Shown here one piece after another: positions 24,712 to 37,961 of a DNA stretch of 58,680 nucleotides (the first letter of the stretch is position 1; every line of letters begins with the position of its first letter). The translations under genes and the position numbers were made by a program. Origin of the DNA: Asterionella formosa. Its lineage: Eukaryota. The stretch spans positions 1 to 58,680 of the forward strand of contig NKIB01013386.1 in the NCBI GenBank assembly GCA_002256025.1, read 5' to 3'. The notes below the pieces were generated by a model. The model was not told the origin of the DNA and searched no databases. It worked only from the letters and a program-made list of their open reading frames with translations.

Positions 24712-25074
24712 TATTTTTCTGGAGTATTATGAAGCTGTTCAAATGCATCTGATCTTCGAGTGAATTCAAAGGAATATTCGATTGATTTCATAAGTTTCTT
24801 CATCTTCTTTTCCGAAAACATAAAGTCGTGTAGTGTAAATGACGGACGTAAGTCACGTTTCTTGTTTGACTGATCCTTTCCATAAAATCCATGAAATGCC
24901 ATTTGGAAAGTTGTCAAAGGGCCACAAGACTATGATGTAAAACAGTGGAAGGGAAACACGGAGCTTTTTGCGGCGCTTGTGGTAAGTGCAACTGGTGTGA
25001 TGGTAACCGAGTGTAGTAATTGTTGAACAGAGCACAGTGTAATATGCATGTTGCGCCAGCATAGTGTTTACACA

Positions 25075-25106
<32 letters not shown>

Positions 25107-25685
25107 GACAAGGAGAAATGACACAACGATGAACATGATGGCTGGTTGTGGAGGATACCGGTATGTGGTATGCATCAATCCATATCACAAATCATATATA
25201 TTATGGTGATGGAGTATATATCAACACATCTGTATACTTAGATCCTATTCACAATATAATACTATCATATTAACTATTTACTTTTACTGTATACATTTAA
25301 AGTCGAACATATATCTTAACTAATATACTTTATGATTGATCGATCTTCCTTTTATGATGTATTGATAACACTTATGTACATATTTTATCGTATTTTATTA
25401 TCATTGTATTACTTTAACATGATCATATTTGATTAAAAATATATCATAAACATTTGAAGAAATCATCATAGTTTTATGATCGATGTATCATAGCTATGAG
25501 ATAAACATTATTCAATATTACATATCATATATTGGTGATGTATGTATCGAAGTAACCCTATCGTGATATCACATTATCATCTTATCAAACATTCAATTTT
25601 GATTGCGAACTGTATACTGTATTGTAATACGGAGTATGATATTATAACACGCACTTTAGTAAGTAAGTCACTGCTGTAATGTACA

Positions 25686-26085
25686 CAAGTCGACAGTGTA
25701 TGTACACACAGCACGCTAATCAGGTTTGAGGCAACAGACAGTGGTTCCAACGAGCTAATGACGACATGGGTACCAATTTTTCCAGCGGCAAACCACAATG
25801 ATGAAGGACAGTTGTCCCTCTATTGATGATGATATGGACACCGACTTTTCCAGGAGCAAACAACAGAGCCACTTGCCGCTCATACCAATGAAAACAAGTC
25901 GACAGTGTGTTTATGCACACTCTAAGCAGGTTTGAGGCAACAGACAGTTCCAACAAGCGAATGACAATACGGATACAAACTTTTCCAGCGTCAAACCACA
26001 ATGATAATGATGAAGGACATTCGTCCCTCTATTGTTGATGAAACGGATACCATGAGCAAACAACAATGATGAGAGCCACTTGCTT
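25686..26085 (+). repeat. Tandem duplication, unit about 209 bp
   Basis: caagtcgacagtgt..caggtttgaggcaacagacag..aaccacaatgat..gagccacttgc starts at 25686 and again at 25895. Confidence 0.85.
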
Positions 26086-26907
26086 GCTGTTGCTCGTCTA
26101 TTGATGGTAACAAAGATGCGGAAAGGTTCAACACCAGTGAATACTACAAGAACGGCATGCCAAATGCGGAAATGAAAGATATGAAAAAGAAATTGTAATT
26201 AGAATCATTCTATAACCTTAACTATGTGGATAGCAGTCTGTTACATTTTCGTATCTCCTTTTATGCTGAATCTCAATAGTAGATGTAGTATCATGTGAGA
26301 ATTGAAAATGTCAACGCAAACAAGTAGAATGTGTTTTTAAACAAGTTGATTGGCGAGATTGTAATGCTGGTGGTCGACGAAACGGATTTACTATGTGTGC
26401 TGTGTGCTGAACCATTCCGAGTTAGAATGATTTCTTCTCTGTAAACTCTTAATTGAATGATTATGAACATAGGTCCACTGCACATGACGATTACTCAAAG
26501 ATATAATCAACACTTGACCAACAATTGAAGATGTTATTGCAAACAATCATTCCACTTGTTATCGCCAGTATTTCGTCGTTGTCGCAAAAGACAGCGTGAG
26601 GACTGATGAAGTTGATGAGCCAAAGTATGTTACTTTAGCTGATACATTATCCTACCAAGAAATTCAAAAAAAGGAACCTATTAGAAATGATACATATAAT
26701 AATTAGATATACATAGTTAAAAGGGTCGCTATTTAAATTACGAGGGCATTTATCAAAATTATGTGTTACTGATAGTACTGCTTCCAAAGCAGTACTATTC
26801 TTATTGTCGCTCAGTCATGCGCGCTCATGCGCAACATTTTTTCGGTCAATAACAAAGGATGCAGCAGGCAATCATGGCAGCTACTTAAGTGCCTTGGTTC
26901 TATCATG

Positions 26908-27627
26908 TTAATCTACTTGATCATCATCCATCTCTAATATGATAGTCCTACCCATTGCTTTACTGCCCACAACCTCATTCCAGTAATGTCTATTCTTTTT
27001 TAGAAATAGGATCGCTTTAAACACAGCAGGTGATGTTGACTTCCTCACACAAGTAAGAATGTGCTTGGCAATGGAAAAGAGACTTTCACAACTAACAGAA
27101 GTACCAAGGAGGAGGTCAAGACAAATGTAATTTTCATTGATGGACCTGACAACATGCTTGCGCCATTTAATTCTCTTCTGAATCAAATCTGCATAGTTTT
27201 GTTGGTGTTCTGAAGAAACTGCACCATCTGAATTTTCAAGACATTCTTCAGAGGAATCATTACTCATGCCATCGGCAGGTATAGCATGTGTCTTCCTAAG
27301 TTTTGCAACTTTATTGCTCTCTTTGGCATTCAGCTCTTCACCTTTCATTACCTTCATGACAGCCAACTCAAACAGTTTGTCAGAAGTACCAAGGAGGAGG
27401 TCAAGACAAATATAATTTCTATTGTATGCCGATTTTTCTATTTTGGTGTTGCTTGATAGCCCAAGCATTGAACGGAATTTCGGTTTCCAATGCTACAAGA
27501 CATGCCGGATTTTCTGTAGATTCCTACTTAGCTGTATACTGGCAAGCTAGACCATTATACTGGCAAAATTTTGGAACAGTATGGTATTTGGAATATATAA
27601 TTACAGTATGCTGGAATACTGATACTG
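26908..27627 (-). mobile_element. Internally deleted hAT transposon: C-terminal dimerisation domain plus one terminus
   Basis: LLLGTSVSCESLFSIAKHILTCVRKSTSPAVFKAILFLKKN matches the hAT dimerisation pattern (TS..ER.FS....L...R..L.P....A.LFL..N). A CAGTATCAGTA terminus lies at 27627 on the minus strand. Confidence 0.75.
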
Positions 27628-28142
27628 CGTCTGGACCAGTATCAGTATCCAATACTGCATTATACTGCTTTGCAGTTTGCAGTGTTCTTTCACCGACCTC
27701 TGGTATATATCATATATCTTCCGGCGAGAAACTGGAGAAAGGAACTCCGGTTTTTTACTTTGTGCACCAAATAAACTGATTTCCCTCGAGTTTTGCAAGT
27801 CTATTTATATTTAGCATAGTATAAAACCTAAATCCTTTCTGCAGTTTCTCGCCAGATCCTACATCGTAACGATAAACCGGTGTTTAGAGTGGACAGCCCT
27901 ACCGGTATCTTACTCCCCCCTACTTTGTCCGAAGACTGTTTTGCAAATGGAAAGGTTGTCTAACGGTGAGAGCTCCGTTGGCCGTTATACACATATATTT
28001 CAGAGATGAAAACTATGTTTTTGAGTAGTCGGACTCAATATTACCTTTTTAACCCTACCTCGAGCTAGGGCTTCAATTGCAGCAACCTTAAAAGTCTGCC
28101 TACCCTGTATGCTCAATAACGCCGCCGACGCCTTACCCTTCA

Positions 28143-28553
28143 ATGACGATTGCGACAGCTACGAGCGCCCCAGTTTTATCAGCCTACCGGGCAATGATAA
28201 GGTTAGCTTGTCGGCTACCAGAAAAACAACAGTTAGGAGCCATTTCCCAAATCAAGACAGAATTTCGAGCGCCACTCAACGATGCATCGTTAAGCGACAA
28301 GATTAGAGAAGCCGGCGAAAAGATTGCATATCTTCGAATCATCACTCCCAAGCCTCGATCTTGCAGCGAATCTGGGAGATGGATCTATAAGGATGGCAAG
28401 TGTATCCATGCAGAGGGAACGAGTCGGGACGGACATCGGGTTCATACGAACTGGGACGGCAAAAACTTGGACCCTTGTTCCGTTAAGAGGCACAAGGTTA
28501 GTCTGAAACGAGCAGGTTTTGTGAACAATCAACACGCCAAGGGAATCTTTTAG
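28143..28553 (+). CDS. LYR-motif (Complex1_LYR-like) small protein, probably mitochondrial
   Basis: 136 aa. VLSAYRAMIRLACRLP...IKTEFR...IREAGEKIAYLR fits the LYR / F-R helix pattern. Confidence 0.7.
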   Translation: MTIATATSAPVLSAYRAMIRLACRLPEKQQLGAISQIKTEFRAPLNDASLSDKIREAGEKIAYLRIITPKPRSCSESGRWIYKDGKCIHAEGTSRDGHRVHTNWDGKNLDPCSVKRHKVSLKRAGFVNNQHAKGIF

Positions 28554-28881
28554 ATCAGCTATTTATTTTAATTAGAGAAATCTTCGAAGGAAATTAGATA
28601 ATATTTATCATATCGTCGTCCCACTTGCAATGTTGACATTAATTCAATATTTTCGCTGCAGTCATGGAAATGATTCTTGCGCATAGATCGAACCTTGATG
28701 CGAAACAGCGCGAAAAAAAATTCCTATTGGTCGAGATATGTTTGATTTTTCAAAATAACCAAGCTATATAGTGTTGCAACTTTCTTGACAGCGAACAAAG
28801 CAGCTGAAGCACAATGTGGTGTTTTAAACATTGCACTACCTGAGCAGTGCGCTATTAAGGAGGCCCATATATGTCCTTTAC

Positions 28882-30684
28882 TCACTTTCGGCGGAGTCCA
28901 AGCATTTTGGATAGTTCACTAACCTTCTCCAAGGTCATCTCTTTCGCATGTTTGACAAACCCATGAAATTGTCGTTGTGTCTCGCTTTTCAAGATAATTG
29001 GATTTGCCACTTGCCAAATTTGTACTCCCGGATCAAGCGCTAACGCCAGACCTTCTTGTACTTTAATTGCGAGTGCTGCGGAGACAAATGATTGATTCAT
29101 CAGGACATGATGCTTCGCTGCGGCTTCGAAAATGTAGCTCAAATAGGTTCCCAAGTGTTCCATAAAATAGTCCTTGTCGGAAGCTTTGATGGTCAATGCT
29201 TCAATCTTATCAATGTATAGCTCTTCGTCCTTGGCAGTATCTTGACCTGCCAGTCTCCTGTTGGAGTCGTCGATCATGAGACGACCAGCTCGTCGGCCAT
29301 CTTTGCGAATAAAGGCTGTGAGCACGTTTATAATCAGTTGATGTTCTACAACACTGTATTCCTTGACAATACCCACATCCAGGAGTACAAACTTCTTCGT
29401 TGTTGGATTCACAAAGACATTGCCTTGAAATGAAATCAATATGGAAGCACAGTGAGAATCGATTTTTAAATTATTAGTCCCTGAAAAAACCAAAGCATTG
29501 CACTCACCAGGATGCAAATCTCCGTGCAAAAAGTTGTCGAAAAAAATCATCTTACAAACGGCCCGAATCCCCACAACGCAAAGCTTAGTTAGTGTTTCTT
29601 GGTCATCGTGATTGAGTCGAGCATACTGCAAGACTGGAATACCAGCACAAAAGGATTCGACCAATACGTCCTTCGTCGTTCTGAAGCCCGGAATGAGTTT
29701 CGGAAAAACAACATCTTTATCGTCCTTAAAATTGACATTGAATCGATCCAAGTTTTCTGCTTCTGTTCTCAAGTCCAGTTGTAGCTTTAACATGCCTGCA
29801 AATTCTTCCACGGCCCCTTGAAGATTAAGAAACTTAACTTTTCCCAATTTAGACCCTAAGTAGGCTGCCAGTCTCATGAGGTCCAAGTCTGTGTCTATGT
29901 CCTGACGGACATTTGGATGCATAATCTTGACTGCTACCTCTTCTTTCGTATCCAATAAAATGCCTTTATAGACTTGTCCAATACAACCAGATCCTAGCAA
30001 TTCCTTAAGCTCGATCCGATTTCCCCAGTCTTTGCCAAAGGCTTCTTCCATCTTCGCTGATGTATGCTTCCACGCATGCGGCGACGTATTGTCCTGGAGT
30101 CGACTAAAAATGGAACAAAATTCGTGGCCAAATAAATCAGGTCGACTTCCTGCCCACTGCATGAGTTTTATGACTGCAGCACCGCTCCATTCGACAGACG
30201 CCAAGCACATGTTGAGGTACCACAGAAACAGTCCACTGGGTTCAGCTTCAGCTGCGGCCCGGAGCACAAACTCATGAGCATCCACATCCTTATCTTTGCG
30301 AAGCATGGATTGAATGGGATAGAGCAACGCGATAGGAGCAAGGGCGAAGGATAATTTGACCAAGCGAGCAAACATGCGAAGGGCAATCAGGACCTTTCGT
30401 TTGAGTAGTGTCCAACGTGATTGTCCCTTTGACAAACGAAGGAGAGGTTCCAATGAAACCGGAATAGCTTCTTCTGCTTTTGTTACAACGAGTCGGTTCG
30501 AATCGTTGTATATTACCGCAGAAGCGCCAGCGAGGAAACCATGCGCTTGCGGAGTACCAGAAACGAAATGACGAGTGGATTGTCGACCAATGACTTTTGA
30601 TTTCGAGACGAAGGAACGCCGCAACAGCTGCGTCTTCAATAGCCTTGGACTTTTGACAAGGGCACTACACAAAGTTTGTTGCAT
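28882..30684 (-). CDS. ABC1/UbiB (ADCK-like) atypical protein kinase, two exons (30684-29508, 29423-28882), about 572 aa
   Basis: IKLMQWAGSRPDLF, LGSGCIGQVYKG, VAVKIMHP, HGDLHPG|N, LLDVGI. An 84-nt GTGAGT...TTCAAG intron (29507-29424) splits the catalytic loop. Arg/Ser-rich transit-peptide-like N-terminus. Confidence 0.92.
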   Translation of the reverse strand: MQQTLCSALVKSPRLLKTQLLRRSFVSKSKVIGRQSTRHFVSGTPQAHGFLAGASAVIYNDSNRLVVTKAEEAIPVSLEPLLRLSKGQSRWTLLKRKVLIALRMFARLVKLSFALAPIALLYPIQSMLRKDKDVDAHEFVLRAAAEAEPSGLFLWYLNMCLASVEWSGAAVIKLMQWAGSRPDLFGHEFCSIFSRLQDNTSPHAWKHTSAKMEEAFGKDWGNRIELKELLGSGCIGQVYKGILLDTKEEVAVKIMHPNVRQDIDTDLDLMRLAAYLGSKLGKVKFLNLQGAVEEFAGMLKLQLDLRTEAENLDRFNVNFKDDKDVVFPKLIPGFRTTKDVLVESFCAGIPVLQYARLNHDDQETLTKLCVVGIRAVCKMIFFDNFLHGDLHPGECNALVFSGTNNLKIDSHCASILISFQGNVFVNPTTKKFVLLDVGIVKEYSVVEHQLIINVLTAFIRKDGRRAGRLMIDDSNRRLAGQDTAKDEELYIDKIEALTIKASDKDYFMEHLGTYLSYIFEAAAKHHVLMNQSFVSAALAIKVQEGLALALDPGVQIWQVANPIILKSETQRQFHGFVKHAKEMTLEKVSELSKMLGLRRK

Positions 30685-31744
30685 TGTCGCGTTCGCGCTG
30701 TGATGGAAGAATTGGTTAATAGGAACGCCCTATGCAACGAGCCTCCACAGCACAATGACATAGTGAATCCGCCATTTATACTTGCGTGCTTTCGTTGTTG
30801 GGAAGCGAATCTCGATTCAGAATCTTGCGAGGAACGCTCAATATCATGATGTAGGGGCTGGTTGCACCCGCTACCGGTAAGTACATCGGGTAGCCGCTCG
30901 TACCTTGTGGTATGTTTGAAATTTAGTGTCACCAAATATTTGATTTGCATACATCAAAGAAGACTCATCATTTTCTTAATTAAATGTTAACTATTATACC
31001 GGTAGATGAGGGAAACAGGGGGATGTGCACGACGCGCGCATTGAAACAAAGGGAAAAGGAGCAAGCGAAATTTGAGGTGGAGGCCACGTTAGCTATGATG
31101 GGAGCTAATTCTGTCTTGCCAAAAAATGAAGATGAGGTTCAATGGCTAGTGAATGACAGTAATCCATGCAAGAGAAGGTCATGGAAGAGTCGATCAGCCA
31201 ACAAACAACCATGTAAGGGTTTCAAAGCAGAAAGCTCACAATTCTTCGAATCAGCTTTCAGCAAAGCAACATCACTGAATCTAAGCTGTGCAAAAATTTA
31301 TAATCAATAGATAAAACTGACCCTCCCTATGTCCCACCCATGGCTGAAGTGCAAACTCGACTGTAGCTACAGGGACCTGGAGGGGTGAAATGAATCAAAC
31401 CACTTAGAACCAAAATCGAAAATCCCAACTGTTTGTTAAAAGATTAACTATTGAGGAAAAGCGAGAGAAATGTTTTCAAAAAAGGCAGTCAAACAAGTCG
31501 GTAATTGAATTGAAGTAGCTTCGTTATTTCCCTTCAGGTTCCTGCATTTCAACCCTAGATTAGAGGTATGGTTCAAAAATTAATATTAAGTCAGAGTGGT
31601 CAAACACACACTTTGTGCGAGTAAAATGTAAATGTATATTACTAAACAGAGCTTTCACCACTATACACATGACAAGATCTCCATGTGCACCAATATACCG
31701 GTTGGATACCAGGTACCCATGAGTATATTTGATTTTGAACAGCC

Positions 31745-32365
31745 ATAGTGAGGGGTTGATGATTCATCATCTCTGTCTTGACCATTGCTTGCAAACTGAT
31801 CGGATTCAATATCTCCACGAAAATCAACAATGAATCATTCCTATATTGTACATATATCTAGCCTATCATAGACAACGTAATCGTAAAAATTTTGGCTCTA
31901 ATTTTGACCAGGAACATTTGAGATTGCCACTACAATTTGTTTTCGTCGTTGTTTGCTCAATTTTGAAGCTTCGACCAAAGTAGAAACATCGTTGAGTCTG
32001 TATTAACTAGCTTTATAACTTATGATAGATAGATATCATTTCGATCTATTGTATAAACGGATGAGAAAAAATGAGAAAATCATATCTCGGAAAGGGCACA
32101 ACAGCTCAAAATGCAAGATATACCTCAACCACTTTTTAAATTAATTTCATCTATATACCAGGTGGTACTTCATGTCGAGTAGCATATTCCTATGGAATCT
32201 TGATTAGGTCATTTCAAAGTTACATCTATACATACATATAGACATGGAACAATATGCTGCTTGTTCTTGAAGTGACTAAATATTGCGATGTTGAAATTTA
32301 AAGATTAATTCCTCTGACAGTTTGTGCATTTTCAGACACTTTTATGCAAAAAATGTATTCTTTCG
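31745..32365 (+). repeat. Dispersed repeat family A, copy 2
   Basis: Collinear similarity with 1685-2300, through to gcattttcagacacttttatgcaaaaaatgtattctttc. Confidence 0.7.
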
Positions 32366-33909
32366 CAAGACACACCCGAGTTGGTCTCTAGCCTGGAAGT
32401 ATACAAAGGTCACCCTACGAGAGACATCCCAGCCAAGTACACATGTATACTAGAAAGCAAATATCTACTGCGAATGGAATTGTTGAGGCAATTTACAAAC
32501 TAGCTATCATCGTGCCATTCGCTTACCTACTGCTAATAAAGCAAAGCATACATGTCATTTTTAGCTTACTATAGCCCATCATATAAAAGATATATTTTAA
32601 ATGTCCTATCTTCACATAAAATCCCGCCAAAGGCTCGATATTGCCCATCATGAAAAAATATTTTGGATATTTGGTATATTCGCATTTTGGCAAGACGATT
32701 TGCGCCAATCGCCCCTCAGTGTTCCAGCCCTGGGATAGCCGAAATCTGTAGGGGCCTGCTTAAGGAAACATTTGTTATATATTCCACAGATTTGATTTAA
32801 AAAATGCATATCTAGTATTCACCTCGTTTTTGCTCCTTGCCTGAAAACTAACTCCTGCTATTCACCTTTCACCATGCCGATCATCGTCCATCATGCCCAG
32901 TCTGAAGCGAAATTAGTTGAGTGATGACGCCAGTAGCGATTCGCTGTCTAACATATGCGTTTGGATGTTGGATTGCTTGTATTCTCGTGCAATTCATGTA
33001 GTCGCAAGGTCCATAATTATTTGGACAAACAATGCTATCAGTGTATATCTGATGTTGGTGGAAAGTTTTTGCTCCTGTAATGTATGTGATCATGCTTAAC
33101 GGATTTTCCAGTCATATAGCCTACATATGTTCATAGTTTCAACATTGCAGTGTACTCAAATCCGGGTTCCCTGCATGATACTTCAACAAATTACCTCAGC
33201 ACTCAGCCCACGGGCGCTGCTACGCTCTGCTGCTGACTCCGCCGCCTCACTCGATGTCCATTCCAGACCATGCAGCCGCTATCTCTCCCCCCCCCCTCTT
33301 CACCCCCTCTTCCCTCTGTATTCCTTCCCCCCACCCCGGCGGTGAATCCCAAGCAACCCCAGTCGAAATCTTCGCTCACAAACTTTAAAAAGACCAAATC
33401 AAAGGTCCAATCCACTTGCAATACGTATTTCAAGCGCTCCCCGCTTCCGCCAGTACTGACTCCTCCCATCCAAAATACCCCTCTCCCTCCTTCTGATCCC
33501 AATGACACATGGCAACTCCAACAAGCAACCTCCGGCCTCTCAAAAAAGCGCAATTGTGACTTAAAAACTTTTGTTTTCTTTCTTTCACCAACAATCAGCC
33601 TCTGGGTCCTAACCTTTATACTTCGAAGTATGTTGAAGGGCTCCAAAGAATACCTTACTCAAGTCAAGGTTTCTCAGATTGTGAACTAATTGTAATTATA
33701 TCTAACCTATCAATCCTGCCAACTGGTCCTGCCAAACTTAATCCTGTCAAATTCAATCTTACCAAATACAATTCAAGACTTCTACTCCAACTAATTTTGA
33801 TCCCACTGTCAGTCCCATGAAACATTTCACGACTTGACTCATCAGACTCTCAACGTCACCCGGAGTCTTTATAGCCTCCAACACAGAACAGAAAAGACGC
33901 CAATTTACA

Positions 33910-35450
33910 ATTCAGTCATGGCACAAGGGAGGCCCTCCTAGGTTTAATGGAGTGTCCAGCGCAGCAACACAAATGCTGGAGGGCACTCTTTTCGAAAATG
34001 AGGATGTGGAATGCCATCCAGGCGTTGTAGAACTCGTAACGGCAATGGAGATGCCAGAGGTAGTGAGAGAAGCTCTTCCAATCAGCACATTCATTTCAGA
34101 ATAAGTCTATCACAAAGGAATGAGGGGATGGAAAGAAAGAACCTCAACATCTCCAAACGGTTGGCACCTTGGCCATTACAAAAAGGCGCTGCAGGAAAAC
34201 GAGCTCACAAGAGGGTATCAAATAATTCTCAACATTCCTATCAAACATGGATGGGGCAACAGACTTGTCTGGCAAGGAGAAGACGACGGTATTACTGGTG
34301 ACAATATGCAAGGTTCAAGGAAACAAAGGAGTACAATGGATCTTTTGTCAAAGAAGGTAGTAAGCCATGACATCTCATGGCAGTACCGGTCAAATATGGC
34401 TATTTTCGATGAAAACGCGGCCAGTTGCTATGATCGCACCTTAGTGAATTTGGCAATGGTATGCGCAAGGAGATTGGGCATGCCAGTAGAGGTAGTTCTA
34501 GCTCACTCTGAAACACTTTGCCAAATGAAGTACACAGTGAAAACAGTTTACGGAATATGAGAAAATCACTACTGTGGCACTGCTTCCCATCCTCTAGCTG
34601 AACCGGGTCAAGGTAGCAGAGACTCCCCAGCAGGTTGGTAAACTACTTGTGAAGTAATCATCAATGCTTATTGTTTGGCAGCTCCAAGGAAAATGAAGTT
34701 CATTGACCCGACAGGAACCATCAGCTCAGAGAGAAGCGTTGACGCTTTTGTGGATGATACTTCAGTAGGGCTTACAGATGTGTACAAACATGACAAAATC
34801 TACTATTTGCATCAGGAGGAGCGCTGGAACAAATCCAGGCAAGCACAACTTCGGCTCCGGAGAATACCAGGCCCTGAAAGTATCCTCAGTCACAGATCCA
34901 ATTCAAGTGGTCATAAGAAATATATCAGTTAGGAACAGCTCAAAGTACTGGGAGTGATGATTCCGGTGAATCATGACTGGACTGACGAGATAACAACTAG
35001 ACTGGCAATTGGGAAAATGGGAAGTAACAAACATTTTCCAAAGGCAGTAGTTTATGGCAGTCAAACAAGGAATTTGAGGCATTGCAAATGCTATTCACCA
35101 TTTATACGCACAGGACAGTATCTCCAAACTCATTCACATCTCCAAACAAGCATCAAAACTGGAGTCAGGAAGATTCGAAGACATAAAGTAAGATGTTCCC
35201 ACAAATCCACATACCTTATCTTACTCCCACATGAATAACCAACATAAGGGGCTTTATGGTGCAATACGATTTACGCTTAAAAATCACTGACAAGTGGACA
35301 TTAAAACCCTAATATCAACATGGTAGATCCCTCATGGATATAAGTGATTTTGAATTATTCCAAATAAACTGCTGCAGGATTTATCTGCAAGTCACATCAG
35401 TTGCGGACATATCCATGGCAGATGGCACTAATATTTGAGAAGAGATTGTC
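33910..35450 (+). pseudogene. Non-LTR retrotransposon reverse transcriptase remnant (Ambal-like diatom LINE)
   Basis: WKERTSTSPNGWHLGHYK, QGSRKQRST, DENAASCYDR, GQGS, AFVDDT, and downstream QINCCRIYLQVTSVADI..ADG. Many stops and deletions. Confidence 0.8.
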
Positions 35451-35454
35451 TGCA

Positions 35455-35680
35455 AAAAAAAGTATCATGTAAATAGTATCAAGGGTATCATACTCTAAGT
35501 GGCACAGAATTTTCATATATATGTTTTTTTGGCTTAAAACTAAGATAAAGGTATCCTGTACTTATGATGGTTTAATAATATTTTACCAAACCTGAAATAT
35601 GATGATAATAAGAACATTATTATCATCATAAAATATATGATGATAATAAGAATATCATTATCATCATAAAATGTATTTCA
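35455..35680 (+). repeat. Dispersed repeat family B, copy 1 (TE end with duplicated hairpin)
   Basis: aaaagtatcatg..agggtatc..ctaagtggcacag..aaggtatc is collinear with 54385-54565. Confidence 0.75.
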
Positions 35681-35984
35681 ATAATTTTTATAGCGCGTCA
35701 GTACTAGCCTAGCTACAGGATTGTATTCATTGCGATCCATGGCCCAGTCAGGTTGGGGCGGTGGATGGTGAGTTTTGGTGGTCACTCCTTTGTGTAGGTA
35801 AAAAATTTGGGTCTTCTATGGTCTGTTCCAGTTAAGAGATACTGCCGGGTGGATGCTGGGGTCTGTAACCTGGATATTTTCACTTGGTTGAGTTCTGGGC
35901 TCTTCTTCTGTGTGCTTCTGAAGCGTCCCATGAATGACAGTAACAGCACTAATAGATTCCATCTTACTCATATATTGAAGCTTT

Positions 35985-36200
35985 TTTAGAGATTGTGAGA
36001 GTTGTGATGTTTGACTGTACTGGGAGAATGCAACAGCATTCTGAGACTACATTGTTTGCATTGCAGACATTGTCAACAAACCCAGATTCCGTCATCTCCA
36101 TGTTATGAAGCGGCCTTTTTCGAGATTGTGAGAGCTATGATGCTTGACTGTACTGGTAGAATGCAACAGCATTGTCAGCCTGCTTTGTTTGCATTGCGGA
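35985..36200 (+). repeat. Tandem duplication, unit about 133 bp
   Basis: gagattgtgagag..ttgactgtactgg.agaatgcaacagcatt at 35989 and 36122. Confidence 0.75.
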
Positions 36201-37524
36201 AATTATGTTTAGGTAAACAAATGATTATGTGGCAATCAACAACAAACCCTCTGTTTGTATCCTAATTGCCTCTCACTTGAAATCAAATGTAACAGTGAGA
36301 ATTGCAGCATCTCCTTGTTCCTTGTCCGAACCGTAATCACTCTCTTCAGAAGAAATTTATACCGATCTATTGTCAGATGACCCCTCCTCCAAGGAGTCTT
36401 TATCTGAGGAACTCAAAGAACTAGACATTAACAAAAAGAATTCTTCTACCAGTACTTGCATGTGTGAATCTAGTTTCACAGCTACAAATTACGATCGCAA
36501 TGATGTGGAGTCGGCGATGATGAAACAATCGGAGAACTTCGCTGTCAAGCTTGCCAAGCAAGGCTAGGGAACAGGCACGCGAAAAAACGAAAAGAAAGCA
36601 CTTCCAATGACGTCCATCTTTGATGATCAAGCCTTTGCGCCGAGTCTCAAAGGGACCAGAAACCCACCAGGCACAGAGGCACTCACTAACAATTATAAGC
36701 CATCATCAATTCCAATGGTAAATCATCACACCATCATCAATCAGACAGCACCAAGAGCGAGAACAAGCCTCTAAAACAAGAAAAAGAGTTGACCTCCCTT
36801 ACTAAGAAGTCGGCAAACATCAAGAACTCGCTGAGACCCATGTCTCAGTTGCCACCAAGGACATCAACGGCTTTTCCATCAATGATACGCACAAAAGTGA
36901 ATGATGGCATGCCCCCACCATCTCAGATTCCTCAACCCTTTGAAGCAAAGGTGGGCAAAACAAGAATGATAGGAGATAAATGTAAAAGAAACACCCTCTG
37001 TTTGTTCACCAACCACTGGAGGATCTTCGCAGATCCAAATTAGGCTCCAAACAAAGGTTTCTGGAGAGGAAGGCCGAGTTTCTGTTTGAAGAATCGGCCA
37101 AAATGGCAAGAAAGGGACAGCAATACATGCACAAATTCTTTTCGAGAAAAAACAGCACACCATCAGCACTCTGACAACCCATGGGGCGGTCAACCAAACA
37201 ACCACAAGCACAAACCTATATTCACACTTTCTTCTCAGGTCACAGGACAAAGAGATAGAATGATCCAAACCATGCAGCTTTAGCACTTTTTCAGCACCAC
37301 TCTGCACTACTCCACACATCGATAGCAGGTCAATAGAGTCCCACCACACAAGACATCCCTGCTTGACAGCGCCTGAAGTCACTGCATATGTTATGATGAT
37401 ATCAGGAGGGTTAGTATTTAAGAACACCCAGGCTGTTCACGCCAGGAAGCGCCATGCCAGTTTCCCTACCACAAAGAGAGTACTTTAAAGGCGCTATAAA
37501 AGTGAAGTTAATGTATGTGAATTT

Positions 37525-37960
37525 AGTTGCTGCCTGTGGTATGGGGACGATGAGACAGCAAGTCCATCTTGACCATGAAGAAATTATCGGACTCAATATC
37601 TGCACTAATATTGACAAAGAACAATTCCTACCTCGTACGTAGATGTAGAATAACATAGACAAAATAATCGCTCAAGAATAGGATTTTTGGCGGTAGTATT
37701 GACAGCAAAAATCTAAAATCGCCGCTAGAAGTTGTTTCTGGTCGTCGTTTGTTCAGTTTTGAGGATACAAACAAAATCGAGGCATCGTTGAGGCAGCGGT
37801 GACTAGCTTGATAACCTCTATTAGATAATTATTTCTATCTGCAGTACTAATGGATGAGAAAACTTGAGCAATAGAAATCTCGGAGAGAGCTCAACATCTT
37901 GAAATGCAAGAAAATTGATTAAGGCAGAATTATGTAGCAGCTATCATGTACATGCTAATT
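37525..37960 (+). repeat. Dispersed repeat family A, copy 3, truncated at the SINE-like insertion
   Basis: gctgcctgtggtatggggacgatgagacagcaagtccatcttgaccatga closely matches 1687-1735. Confidence 0.75.
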
Positions 37961-37961
37961 G

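Noticed and set aside
26772..26798. 12-bp hairpin atagtactgctt-cca-aagcagtactat as a terminator
   Set aside because: Eukaryotic context and no U-tract; more likely a TE subterminal palindrome.
30984..31310. 108-aa ORF divergent from the ABC1 kinase
   Set aside because: Plausible composition but no recognisable domain or other support.
36640..37480. Additional retroelement ORF remnants
   Set aside because: Fragmented frames with no motif I could identify.
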